A stretch of 52,078 nucleotides of DNA, the filler included, from Dimargaris cristalligena (taxonomy: Eukaryota), in assembly GCA_003614675.1 (NCBI GenBank). It is 2 parts of 2 records of this genome, joined end to end, with 100 filler letters (N's around TTAATTAATTAA, not from the genome) between each part and the next. Parts side by side here need not be neighbours in the genome. Positions count along the whole stretch, not along the records: positions 26,103 to 52,078 come from ML002549.1; 1 more part is not named here. One strand, 5' to 3'. Under the pieces are notes generated by a model. It had not been told where the DNA came from, did not search any database, and worked only from the letters and a program-made list of their open reading frames with translations. The position numbers and the translations under genes were made by a program. This document shows, one piece after another, positions 36,206 to 47,352 of this stretch. The stretch's first letter is position 1. Every line of letters begins with the position of its first letter.

Positions 36206-38771
36206 TTATGGTTCGGGCATCGGGAAATAATTAGTAAATAGATCGCCATTATCATCGGGTAAGTCGAAATTTAAAAAAGTGGAGTTCATTTCATTTGAGC
36301 TGAGTAGCCCTTCGAAATGCATCGTAGATAAGTCAAACCCTTCCGGTGCTATAAGGTCGGCCGGGTTAGCAAGGGCAAGGCTGCTACTTGTTACAGCGGG
36401 GTTAGGCGCCGCCGACGATCCATCGATCGCAAACCCGGAGGAATTTAAGCCATTGTGGGACTCGACGCCGCCGCCGGTTAAGTCGTCGAATCCGGATGTC
36501 ACGCCGCCGTCATCACCACCACTCCCTCCCCCTCCTTGCTGGGCCATACCCAGGGACCCCGAGTGTAGGAGCATAGGGTTAACTCCCACTGGACCCACCT
36601 CGGATTTAACGCCAGGCCCCGATGACGGAATATTGTTAGCGGTGGGGTTGCCCATGTTACTACCTCCCAGTGCCGCACCCTTAACGGCGGGGCTCATGGG
36701 CCCCCCATTATTGCCATTCACATCCATATGAGGTGGGCTAGAGACAATACTGGTGTTATTAGTAACTGCGGCGGCGGCAGCTTTGCTTTTGGAATTGAGT
36801 TGGGGCGTGGCTTTGCGCTTCTTGGAATTATTCCCGCTCACGGTGGCCGGGATCGGGGAAGGGATGGCCGTGGGCATTCCACCCATCTGGTTAAAGGCCA
36901 GGAGATTGCCGCCCTGAGCAAACCCGAGCGGATTCATATGCGCCAGGTTGGCCTGGCTGAGGGCGGCCATGGACTGAGCCGACATGGTACCGGCCGGGTT
37001 GGGTCCACTATTCAGTAGGGGCTGGCCATTCATCATGACCATGTTAGTAGCCTGCGGAAGATGGGGGAATTGACTGTGGGCCTTCATTTGATGTATGCGC
37101 TGGTTTTGCTGCAACATCTCGGGACCAGCGATGGTCCCCAAGGAATTGTTGGTGGCGCCTGCCAAAAGAGGGTACATTTGGGGGTTGTAGCCATGATTGG
37201 GCTGACCAGCCACAGGGCCCGATAGATTGCGTGGGTTACCACGGGCCTGGTTATGCATTTGCATGTTGGGATTAAACTGGGGCATTTGGGCTGAGCCGGC
37301 AGACGAAATATTCATAATGGGGGTGGTAGAGTTAAGTAGAGCTTGGCTGTTGTTGGTCACCACCACAGGACTTTCGGGGCCATTATTAGCGGGAGAGAAC
37401 CGACCCGAGGTATTACTGCGGCGGCGTTTGGCCTCCTGGTCGGCAAGGCTGTTTGGATCAGGAGGGGACGCGTTGGAGGGGGTGGTAGCGTTCTTTCGGC
37501 CGCCCCCACCGGACTTCCCGGAGCCCTCGGGTTTTTTGCCGCCGGCGGTCGACGAGGTCGAGTTGTTGCTAGCGGTAGCCGGAGTAGCACCCGAACCAGT
37601 GTTGGCCCGACTCAGGGGAGCTGGGCTACCCAAAGCGCCCGGCTTGCTCATGCCGTCGAGAACGCGTGATTTTTCCTGTGCGTTGAGGGAAATGGGGTCC
37701 CGGTTGCCCAGGCCAGCCTCGGCCATATTTTGGGTGACGGTGGGGAAATTAGGATTAGGCCCAAATCCCATATAGTTACGCATATGGGCAGGGTACTGGG
37801 CGGCCGATTGATGGAGGTGCTGGCTATTGAAGGCGGCCATCGCAGCGGCATTATAATCCTCCCCAAGACTGCCGTTGGGTAGGCCCATGCTAGTGGGCAT
37901 GTCTGGGGAGGTCAGAGCACCACTGCGGGTCATCAGGTTAGGGTTTGGGGTCGCAGCTGCAACGGTACCGGGGGTGGGGGTGGCGCGTCCGTTAGTGGAT
38001 ACCCCGGCGGGTAGGGATTGGCCTGGATTGGGACCACCGGCGCCGTTTTTCAGGGTCGCAGGGTTGCTACCTTGTGGGTTAAACCCCAAGGCGGCTGAAT
38101 TCGGGCGGTTACCGGGCAGGCCATTTGGCTGCATGCCTGCGGAGACGACCCCCATGCTCAGGCCTTTTTGAAGTCCAATTTGGCGTTGGGCCTCCGACTG
38201 ACGAAGGCGGATGGCATTGAGGGTCTGCTGTTTATTGGCGTCCGCCAGGGTTTTCACCAGAGGACTACCGTGTTTGGGGTTTCGGACGTTGGAAAACATT
38301 TCCCAAAAGATGACCCACCATTGGTTCAGAAAGGAGTCGGGGGTGTCGATGAGGGTCTCGGCCTCGGGGTTAAGTTGGGTCTCTTGACAAAAAGAAGTGG
38401 CGGTCTTTGGGTAGTTCTTCTTCTTTAGGAAATCGTAGACAAACATGTTGAGCCTGTTGGGACAGTATGGGAGAAGGGGGGGAGGGAGTAAGAGGGGGCC
38501 GAGTGAGTGAGTGAGTGAGGGCATTGGTTTATTGAGCCAGTAGGACTTGGGTGGGAACGAATAACAGTAGTAGTTCCTCCCCTTTCATACACGCACATAT
38601 ATATGTTATCGGAGCACACGTGAAGCAGGAGGGGGAAAAGAAAGAGCAGGGTCTGTCTCCTAGTCCCCGCTGCTGACTGGTTTACCTGGGGGCAGCAGGG
38701 TGGTTTACTTACAGGCCTTCCAAAGATTCACCGGGGTGATTCGGAGCAGGGGGATTATTCGGATGACTCAT
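36206..38771 (-). CDS. LisH/LUFS-domain transcriptional co-regulator (Flo8/Mss11/SSDP-like)
   Basis: Exon 1 38771-38713 (MSHPNNPP..EG), intron gtaagt..acag, exon 2 from 38453 giving LLNMFVYDFLKKKNYPKTATSF and DTPDSFLNQWWVIFWEMF. A long N/G/M/P-rich disordered region follows, with NLS-like KRRR and KKRK and an acidic-hydrophobic tail. Confidence 0.85.
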
Positions 38772-39944
38772 TTTGAGCGTGTAACTACTACTGTATCCAG
38801 TTAAAGGACTGCAAGGCGGCTATAGGAGACACGGGGGAGAGAGGCTGAGTATCACACACTAAGGACCAAGACGCTCGGAAATATATATCAATGGTGCACA
38901 GCAATTATATAGGGGCAGAGTAAAAGCCGGCGAACTCGTGCACGCGTGCCACGGCAATAGTGAAAAAGTGGGGCGGGGAGACTAGGGCGATAGGTGGTTA
39001 CTGGGGAGAGGGGAGTAAGGATCGTGGTAAATTGTACAAAGCTTAAGCCGGGGAAGGAGGAGGGGGCCTTTCAACTTATAATAAAAAGGACGGAAGGAAA
39101 TATAAGATAGAAAGAGGTGCTGCAACCACAAGAGGGCGAGAGAGAAGAAGAGTAAGAACAAAACGCCAGTCAGTGCCGGGCCAGAAATAAGGCGGGGGAA
39201 ATAGGCGGGCCAGGGCACCTCTACAGAGGGGCCTTCCTGGTCGAGAAGCGAAGAGATGGTAGAGCAGATAGGTAGGGCGGGGGTGGTATACTCCACTCAG
39301 CGAGGTAACGTTAAGGAAGTAAAAGTAAAGTAAAGACACGCGAGATGATTAAGAAGGAGTGAAGAGAAGGGTCGGTCGCTGCTATTTAGGGAGATGGAAG
39401 GGAAGGGAGTTTTTAGAAGGTGCGCGGGGGGTAAGAGGATTTTATTGGAGATAAAGAGAAGAGGGGGGGGGTACGCATATATAGTATAGTAGAGTAAAGT
39501 AGCATATATTGAGAGAGAGGGGGGGAAACCACCACGTATGGGGAAAAGAGAGAGAGACACGTCCCATGGCCTATCCCATCATCATTTGGACGCGGAGGGT
39601 GCCCCAATCAGCGCCCAGGGATTATCCCGCGCCCCATGGCCCGCCTTTCCAATTAGCAGCTGGCTTTACCACGCTCTCCGCCCAAATGGGGGAAATTATT
39701 CTCGCATACTGCCACTATTTTCAGCACACCACACCGCCCATTAAGACCGCGCGCTCTTTTCTTTGGGTTAGCTTTAGAAGAAAGAAGCCTTTTGTCCTTG
39801 ACAATTCAACCCCCGCCCGGGCATTCTACTCCACTCTAGTGTGGACTATAGGCGAGTTTCGCCACTCAAGCACTCTAACCCTAACCTTTCCCCCTTCCAT
39901 TGGCTCTAGTTTTCGGCCCAGTCTCTTTGGCCCACTTTCCTCCC

Positions 39945-40757
39945 ATGGCGGCTGCCCAGAGCACTGACCAGATCCTCAAGCTCCTCGACTGGTGGCAGAC
40001 CCAGTGCCGGGCCTGGTCGGACCTCCAGAACCAGTCTCTGGTCCTCATCTCGTCCATCGCCAACATCCGCAGCCAGCGCATACACACCACCGAGTGCCAA
40101 CAACGGTTCGGCGCCCACCGACGACCGCCGCCACAGCTATCCACTGCCGCCTTCACCCCCCTCTCTCTCCTCCCCCCGCTGCCCACTCCCACGGCGCTGC
40201 TCAAACTGCAACACCGCCAAACCTCCGAAATTGAACAGGCCCTGGCCCGGATCCGCACTTATTTGCGCCAAATGGAACCCATTCCCCGCCACATGGCCAG
40301 CAAGGTTGCTCACCTCCGCCGGCTGGCGGACCACCCCGGGCCCCCCCGGAAAATAGTCCAGAGCCAGGGAGGCGGTGAAAAGCAAAAAATGCCCATTACC
40401 CAGCATACTATAGGACCCGCCCTACTCCAGCCCGAACGGGCACTGGACCTAATGACCCGTATCGCGGATATGTACCATAATGAATTCCAGGCCCGCCAGC
40501 GTCTATGGATCCACCTCGTGCCCCTGGCCATGGGCGATGGGGGCCCGAGTGAGGGGGACGAATCCACTAGTAACCATGTCGGTGCAAGTGGTGGTGTTGG
40601 CTCTTCCTCTTTACCATCTTCTTCCGCCGTGGGCCAATCCTTTGATTCGCTGCGGGAACGCTGGCGGGAACAATACTGCATCGACCCTCACCTTGAAGCC
40701 GAACTCGACGAAATTGTCTCGACTCTCCAGCACCTTAAACAAGTGGTTGCGTCATAA
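39945..40757 (+). CDS. C1orf109/AIRIM-like helical protein (putative AFG2/SPATA5-interacting ribosome maturation factor)
   Basis: ATG 39945. The pattern WSDLQNQSLVLISSIANIRSQ..LKLQHRQ..IADMYHNEFQARQRL..LRERW resembles human C1orf109 (WQSAL..LLSSLSNLAEQ..RLRRKQ..IERHYRKSYLKRKYL..LPKAW) as recalled; no alignment was run. Confidence 0.55.
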   Translation: MAAAQSTDQILKLLDWWQTQCRAWSDLQNQSLVLISSIANIRSQRIHTTECQQRFGAHRRPPPQLSTAAFTPLSLLPPLPTPTALLKLQHRQTSEIEQALARIRTYLRQMEPIPRHMASKVAHLRRLADHPGPPRKIVQSQGGGEKQKMPITQHTIGPALLQPERALDLMTRIADMYHNEFQARQRLWIHLVPLAMGDGGPSEGDESTSNHVGASGGVGSSSLPSSSAVGQSFDSLRERWREQYCIDPHLEAELDEIVSTLQHLKQVVAS

Positions 40758-41399
40758 CCCTGTGGGACTTACATCATACCACTTTAGTTAGTTGGCAAAG
40801 TGCTATGATAGGGGAGGGGCTGGTTTACATTCCCTTTAGTTTTGATTCTATGATTTAACCTTGGCATCCGTGTACTATAATTGATCACTAAATTTGGCCT
40901 ATAACCTACAATGGGGCTATCATGATGGTTGCCTTCCAAATTCCCCTGCGTCCTGACCCAACTTCGCCCTGGTGGGGAATTAAAGACGCGACTGATCCAT
41001 GATCTGCACTGATTCATTATCACACAGCTCTAATTTACACTTCCTGATATAAAGCCGGCTGGCTCCCAGTACACCCATGGCGTTGATGGTCGTTAAATAA
41101 GGCAGTCGGGGAAGAACCCTTCAAAATAGCTGTTGTGTGGGGCAGTATGATCTTCAATAAACCCGAGTTATAGGACCTAGAGGTACCCTACAAAATACTG
41201 CTTTACCCGGGAGAATACTTCTATGCCCAAATGGGTTGAGCAGGTTAAAATTAATCTAGAGTAAATGGAGTTAGACCATTTACTGTTCTGGCGAAAGGGT
41301 AACTAGAAGAAGGCGCGCCACCAACTGTATGACTTTTGTATGGGGTTTAGAACATCCTCCCAGTGAGTCTACCATTCCCTGGCAGGGCTCACCCCTGAA

Positions 41400-41580
41400 T
41401 TCAGGGACAATGAAGGTATCCCATTCTTCCCCCTTCTTTCCGTTTACAGGTGCAGTAGAGCTACTCTCGTACATCCCAACCACTTTCGAGCTTCCCGTTT
41501 TACCCGCATAGTTTTGATCTTCCTATTCTCTGGGCAGTCTATTTCTAGTTTGGCCTGTTGCTCCACCGCAAATCCTACAA
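41400..41580 (-). pseudogene. Possible decayed non-LTR retrotransposon RT/thumb fragment
   Basis: The minus strand reads VKREARKWLG..VALLHL, then (with small indels) KRKEGGR..GIPSL, resembling the LxLxxxxGGxGIPSL motif C-terminal to non-LTR RT domains. Stops and frameshifts are present. Confidence 0.35.
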
Positions 41581-41697
41581 AAGGCTACCACGTCTATTAA
41601 ACATCCTCCGCAATAGTATACGATACTCTCCTGTATAACTTGGGTCACTTTACTCTGCTCTATGTTAAATTCGAATACTACCAAAAGGGCCAGCAAT

Positions 41698-41720
41698 TAA
41701 TAATAATAATAATAATAATA
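41698..41720. repeat. (TAA)n microsatellite
   Basis: taataataataataataataata, read directly. Confidence 0.9.
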
Positions 41721-42164
41721 TATAAAAAAACTGACTAACAAGTCGTCTCGTTTGGGCTACTTATGCGGTGGACAACCGTTATGGCTGGTGAATTTTGTGG
41801 TCAGAGTAACAGCTCGTTAACCTCTTAACCGACTGATCCCAAACTAATTCAGTATTGGACAATAATTGTGGAGAGGTTTAATATGAGTGTGACATTCAAG
41901 GACAGCCATGATCACGTGCTCATATAAACGCATTTTGACCAACCAATACCTGGGAAATGGAATACCACTTTCGGTACTTTGGTCTTAATACTGGAAATAG
42001 GTAAGAGCAATTGGTGAACCGCATCTCATTTCCCTCCAATTCACGCATTCACCCATGGGCATGTGTCCCTCTAATTCCTCACCTACCTTTGACGCCTTTC
42101 TATCCATTGTATTGCTAATAGCCAAAATCCACCTTTATACGCACACCTCCGCTCACCTGCCGTA

Positions 42165-44026
42165 ATGGACGAAACGAGTCTACAACAGCTCGCTCTGCAA
42201 TTGGAGAGTGAGGTAGCACACTTCAAGTCCCAATTGGCGGACGCGTCAACAATGCGAAATAACCAAATGCAGACCTCCTCTAATTCCCAATTGGACATAC
42301 GGTAAATACCCTTTCACTTGTATTCGACGAATAGTCGTTCTTAATCACAGCAGACAAAAAAGAACCCGGCAGAAACATTGGCGTATGGCTTCGCTAGTAT
42401 CACTCATCAGTACTGGGGAATTCAATACCGATCCAGACCCTCTAATTAATATCACCCACTCATAAATCTTGATAATGTATACTGGTTTCCATTATGGGTT
42501 ATGGAATTGCTCATTTCCGATGGATATATATAACCCATACGCCTATAGCAATAAGCTGCTGCATCTAAACTCAGTGCTCTTCCATGACCATGCCCGAACA
42601 AACGAAATAAAGGCCGATGTCGATGCCGAGCTGGTACCCCACCGAGTTCTGCTTGACAAACCGGCTCAGCTCCAGCATGTTAAACAGCTCCGTGATTTTA
42701 CTGGCGTGCGATTCACTCACATTGACCAGCGACCAGTCGTTGGTGCCTCCTCCGCAACGGGTAAGCTGTCCCAACATGTCGCCTGGATTTGTCCAGTGTT
42801 ACTACTACTGACCAAAAAGTGTACAGATATAATCGTATGTTGATTGGCTTGGGCCATGATGACCTTCCCCGCAGACTACTCCCTCATTTCTACTGCCCTT
42901 AATAGAATTGGTAGCCCAGGGGTATTTGGTACCAAATCTAATACCGTCGTCTGACCGGGCGTTTATTTTCTTTATATTTATATTATCCGGCATCCGCTCC
43001 TACCGTCTACATCCTAGACAACCAGGCCCCCGTCCAGATGCGTCACTTTTCAATCAAGGGTAGCTGCCATCAGTCCCCCTTTACCGTTTCGTTCCGAGTA
43101 GCCGAACCCGCCTTGGCAGTCCAAAACCTCGCCATTTTCGTTCCCGATGAATTGCACCCGGCCTTCCAGTCTCGCCTCCGGGAGTGTACAGCTTCCAACA
43201 ACCTTCTCGGAAGCTTCCGCATGCTAAGCCAGTATACCCGGCTCAGTCAGGTCCGGCGTCGGGAACTCGCTACCCTAATCGACAAATTCCCCGGCTCCCG
43301 TCGATGGTCGTCACCACCCTTGGCCAAACCCGACTCCGACTCCCGCGGACCAGTCACGACGATGTTTAAGGCCGATCTTACGGTGAACCCAAAATCGGAT
43401 AGTATGGTCGAAATCAGCCAAACCAGGTAAAATTATATATGGTGGTGAATGTAAAATAATAGAAAACAAGAATCTATATAACCATCCCACTTTTCACCAA
43501 TTGGCCCATTCATTCGGTTTGCATATGTACTCTGGACTAATTTACACCGACTCTAAACTCCCTATATCCTGCTACCGCACCATACACTCTTATTGTATTT
43601 TATTTTGTGCAGCGGCCTGACCTTGTTGCTTAATTGGGATTTAATGATTAGCGACACCCTCCAAGTCCGATCTGTCATAGGCTTAGTTCCAATCTCCTCC
43701 GAGGCCTGTAAGTGCCATTGGTTATGTAGTGCTAAACTTGGTGATTATTATAGCGGATTTTATTATTTTCCTTGGGTCTGTCATTGAATTCATATCCATT
43801 CTGGCGATTCGAGATTTTGTTATTGGTTCAATAGGAACTAATATATATGTATATGTTTTTATTTGTGGATATATATATATATATACGCAAAACAGGGTCA
43901 TCTTCGGATTCCAGTAACTGTTTATCCCAATTGCCACAACAGTTTCAACTCCTTTTGCACTCAGAGGGGTTTGAGTCTGCCATCGACTATGTTATCCACA
44001 ACCTGCTTGACGAAGCGAGTCGGTAA
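42165..44026 (+). CDS. CENP-P/Ctf19-like inner kinetochore protein (tandem RWD), 6 exons
   Basis: N-terminal coiled coil MDETSLQQLALQLESEVAHFKSQL; RDFTGVRF, RHFSIKGSCHQSPFTVSF, NLLGSFRML..RRRELATLIDKFP, LLLNWDLMI and LPQQFQLLLHSEGFESAIDYVI parallel CENP-P. In-frame GT-AG introns at 42302-42350, ~42383-42575, 42761-43017, 43427-43612 and 43708-43895. Confidence 0.75.
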
Positions 44027-44418
44027 CCCTGGGTATCGCTTGCTATTCAATATAATATTTACCACCACTCAACTGCTTCATGTACTCAGCCATGTACATT
44101 ATTCCTAGTCCAGGGGCCTAAAATGGGGAAACCCTCACCTCTACCTTAATTGCCTATATAAACGACCTATAATCTAACGCGGCCCATAAACGACAATTGG
44201 TATAATGGTTTCTTATTTAAACTGCCAATAAAATTACAAGAGTCTCAGATAATGAAAGAAACACTAGGTTAGAAATAAAAGGGCTGAGAGTTGAGTAGAG
44301 AATCCATCATGTGTGGTTAAAAGGAAAGTCAATAGAGTGTGGCGAGGAATGAGAGCGCGTATGCAAGAGATAAAGTGAATAAGAATGAGACAATAGGCGA
44401 GATATAAGGTAGCCTAGT

Positions 44419-46730
44419 CTATTCGACCCGAGAGGCCCATTCGAGGGTGCCGTTGTTACTATTCGCGGGCAAATCCAACAGATGGCACATCAAATTGTAC
44501 AGTTCAATGTTAGAAAAGGCCGAATGGATAAATGCCGGGGCGACGGGCGACAAGGTGGAGTCGTCCAGATCTGGCTTGTACTTGATTTCGGCGGTGGTAG
44601 CGGCGGTCAGAGATCCGTAGCGGAAATCAGGGCCATGGGCCATTAGAATGGCGCGCATTGAAGGGTCTAGATTGTCGTAGCCGTGGACCCCGATGGTTCG
44701 GTCGGTGAGGCCTACCCCGAGGTGGGTGTGGGCGTAATCCTGACGGGTAAAGAACACCCAGCCCACTTCGGGAATACACACAATCGGGGGGATGCGCTCG
44801 TTGTCTGTATAGTGGAATCGAGCGGGGATGTCTTCGCGCAGATAGACCTGCCATCTCTGGCCTTCGCTCTTGGCCTTCAGTGTTTCGTACAGCACCGGAA
44901 TGTCTAGTAGAAGGTGGGATAATAATGTAGGTGATGTATGTGCGAAGAAGTTTGCCAAGTTAGTGAGCAGTATTATCGAGCGAAGGAGGGTAGCCAGATA
45001 CCATTGAAAGTAAATTGCCTAGTACCCCGCCCCCCTGGCGGTATCGGAACCATCAGGAGACTAGGTGGTGGTGAGTGCGTAGTATATAACCCGGTTGGGA
45101 TTGGGGGGTTTTTAGCAACCAGCAGCTTACCTTCATCGACGTGGGGGGTAATGCCAGCCAGCGGATACCCCGTGATGAATCGGACTTGTTCCATGTCCAG
45201 TAAATCATCGAGGTAAATCACTTGGCTTGTGGGAACGGGAGCCATACCGTGGTCGCTCACGTAGATGACATTGACAATATTGGTCAGGTTACGGGCGGCC
45301 AAAGAGTCCTGCAGATAGCCCACGGCGTCATCGGCCAAGGCCAGGGCGGAGTTTACCTGCTCGGAGTCGGGGGAATAGGTGTGTCCAGCGGAGTCGACTT
45401 CAGGTACGTAGGAAGCCAAGAAGGTGGGCCGCTGATCCAAAGGCTGATCCAGCCAGCTTATGAGCTGATCAATTTTGGTCCGCGGGGCAACCCGGCTCTT
45501 GTACGGCAGCAGGTAGGTGGGCAGCGTATCCTTGACCGGGGCCAGCGAGCCTGGCCACATATCCACCCCGGCCAATTGGCCGTTTCGTTCAGCGGTTACC
45601 CAAATGGGTTCACCTCCCCACCACCGACTCTGGCGGTTGAGGGTGTCGTTTTTATAGTAGAAGGATTCGTTAAAGGTTGGATCAAAGAATTCGTTGGACA
45701 CAATGCCGTGGGCCTCGGGGTAAAGTCCGGTAACGATGGAGTAGTGGTTGGGGAAGGTGATACTGGGGAAGCAGGGGCTTAGGAACTCGGCCTGTAGTCC
45801 ACCCTGTAGGGATATCTGGTTGAAGTGGGGGGTAAGGCCGCGGCCGAGATAGTCAGCGCGGAAGCCGTCGAAGGAAAGGAGAATGACGGTCTTGCGAAAT
45901 GCGTGGGTGCCGTTGTGGTGGACGGGAGCCACGTTGGAGCGGAGTCGAGCTGGGAAGCCGGGTGTGGTAAGAAAAGCCCGGATGGATAGAAACACCACAG
46001 CAGCCATGCCCATTCCGAAGCAGCCGAGCACGACTCGGCTGATCAGGATATGGCGAGTGCTGGGCTTGGCCGGTCCCTATTTCGGATAATCGAGAGGAGA
46101 GGAGAGGAGCGAGGATATGGGATGAAGCCAGGGAGAAGGTCCAAACATAGTGCACTGGTATGGTTAGTATAGTATAGTTTAGTATAGTTGAATCCAAGAG
46201 ATGCGGGGGCTTCGGTAGTTAATGAATGATACAGAAAGCCGAGTCGGTGACAGTAGTGGCTACTGCGTGACCAACCAAAAGAGTGAGTGACTCTACCACC
46301 CAGGATAGGATATCTTAGTATAAACGCCCACATGCTGAGCCACAGGTCCCCGCAAATTGACCACGGGAGTTCAGCCGGTTTACTGCAGTTCACCAGGGAT
46401 TCCACGTCGCCCATGCTGGGAAATCCACACAGTCAAAATGACTGCTCAACTGGTTCCTGAGGTAGGGTGGATGGGAGGTGGATTCAGTGACGGGGGCCCC
46501 ATACAGCGAGTGTATGGTGAGGTGTTTGGAAATTTTCAGGGGGTCAATGACGAATAAAATTTGTAAAGACAATAGTAGTAGTAATAGTGGCACGCAATAC
46601 CAGGAAAAGGCCCCTTCGTGTCTAGGCTTGGCTTCGCCGGGTTAAAGCGCCCTCAACTTACCTCGGCAGGTTCGAGGAACGGCTCCTGGGCCCGGTGGGA
46701 ATCCTCTTCGCTGAAGAAAAGCTTGGGCAT
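44419..46730 (-). CDS. NPP1: Type II membrane ectonucleotide pyrophosphatase/phosphodiesterase (NPP1/ENPP family)
   Basis: Exons 46730-46662, 46076-45131 and 44903-44419. N-terminal TM anchor; motifs LLSFDGFRADY, FPSITFPNHYSIVTGLYPEAHGI (catalytic Thr), WWGGEPIW, DSAGH, VSDHGM and GVHGYDN. Confidence 0.93.
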
Positions 46731-47352
46731 GGCCGTGGCTGGACGGATGAGGAGGGTTATTTTACTCAAGGGAGAATAAGTAAGAGTATGTGGCAGGGAT
46801 GATGGGCGGGGCAATGGAAAGAAAGAGTCGTAGCAGTGACAGTAAGAGTGGTGGGCGAAACACCCGGCAACTACTATAGTAAGGAAAGGGGCTGAGATGG
46901 GCTAACTAGAAGTAAAGGGAAGGAATGGCGCAAATAGAAAGAATAAGCCTAGGGTAGTAAGTTAGTTGGGAGTATTTAAAAGAACCCAAGGGTGAAGATA
47001 AAGATAGATAGTCCCCCATCTCCAAGGGCAAGGTCGATTTATATATACCACCCCACACTATATGCGCAGTGGAGGAGGGAGTGCAATACAATACGCCTGT
47101 CACTCTCCCCTATCTTATTTTATACATACTAACAACCATACTATACTGGGAAAGACACGCCAAAGTAAAGCAAGTCCGTATAGAAAAAGGGAATCCACGC
47201 CTCCCTTCATTTCAGTTGTTCTTCATTTAGAGCGTCCCCGGCACATGGCCTTTTCTAGTATGTCCAGCTTCGACTATTTCGCCTCCTTTTATTTCCCCCG
47301 TGTTTTATTATAACCGCCGGCTTATCCCTTCTGCACCGCTGTTTCGCCCGTC

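Noticed and set aside
46160..46315. snR30/U17 or TPP-riboswitch identity for the NPP intron element
   Set aside because: ATATCCTA is one base short of the m1 motif, the m2-like TAACCAT overlaps the TACTAAC branch point and is too distant, and the TPP aptamer core (CUGAGA, GAACCUGAU) is absent.
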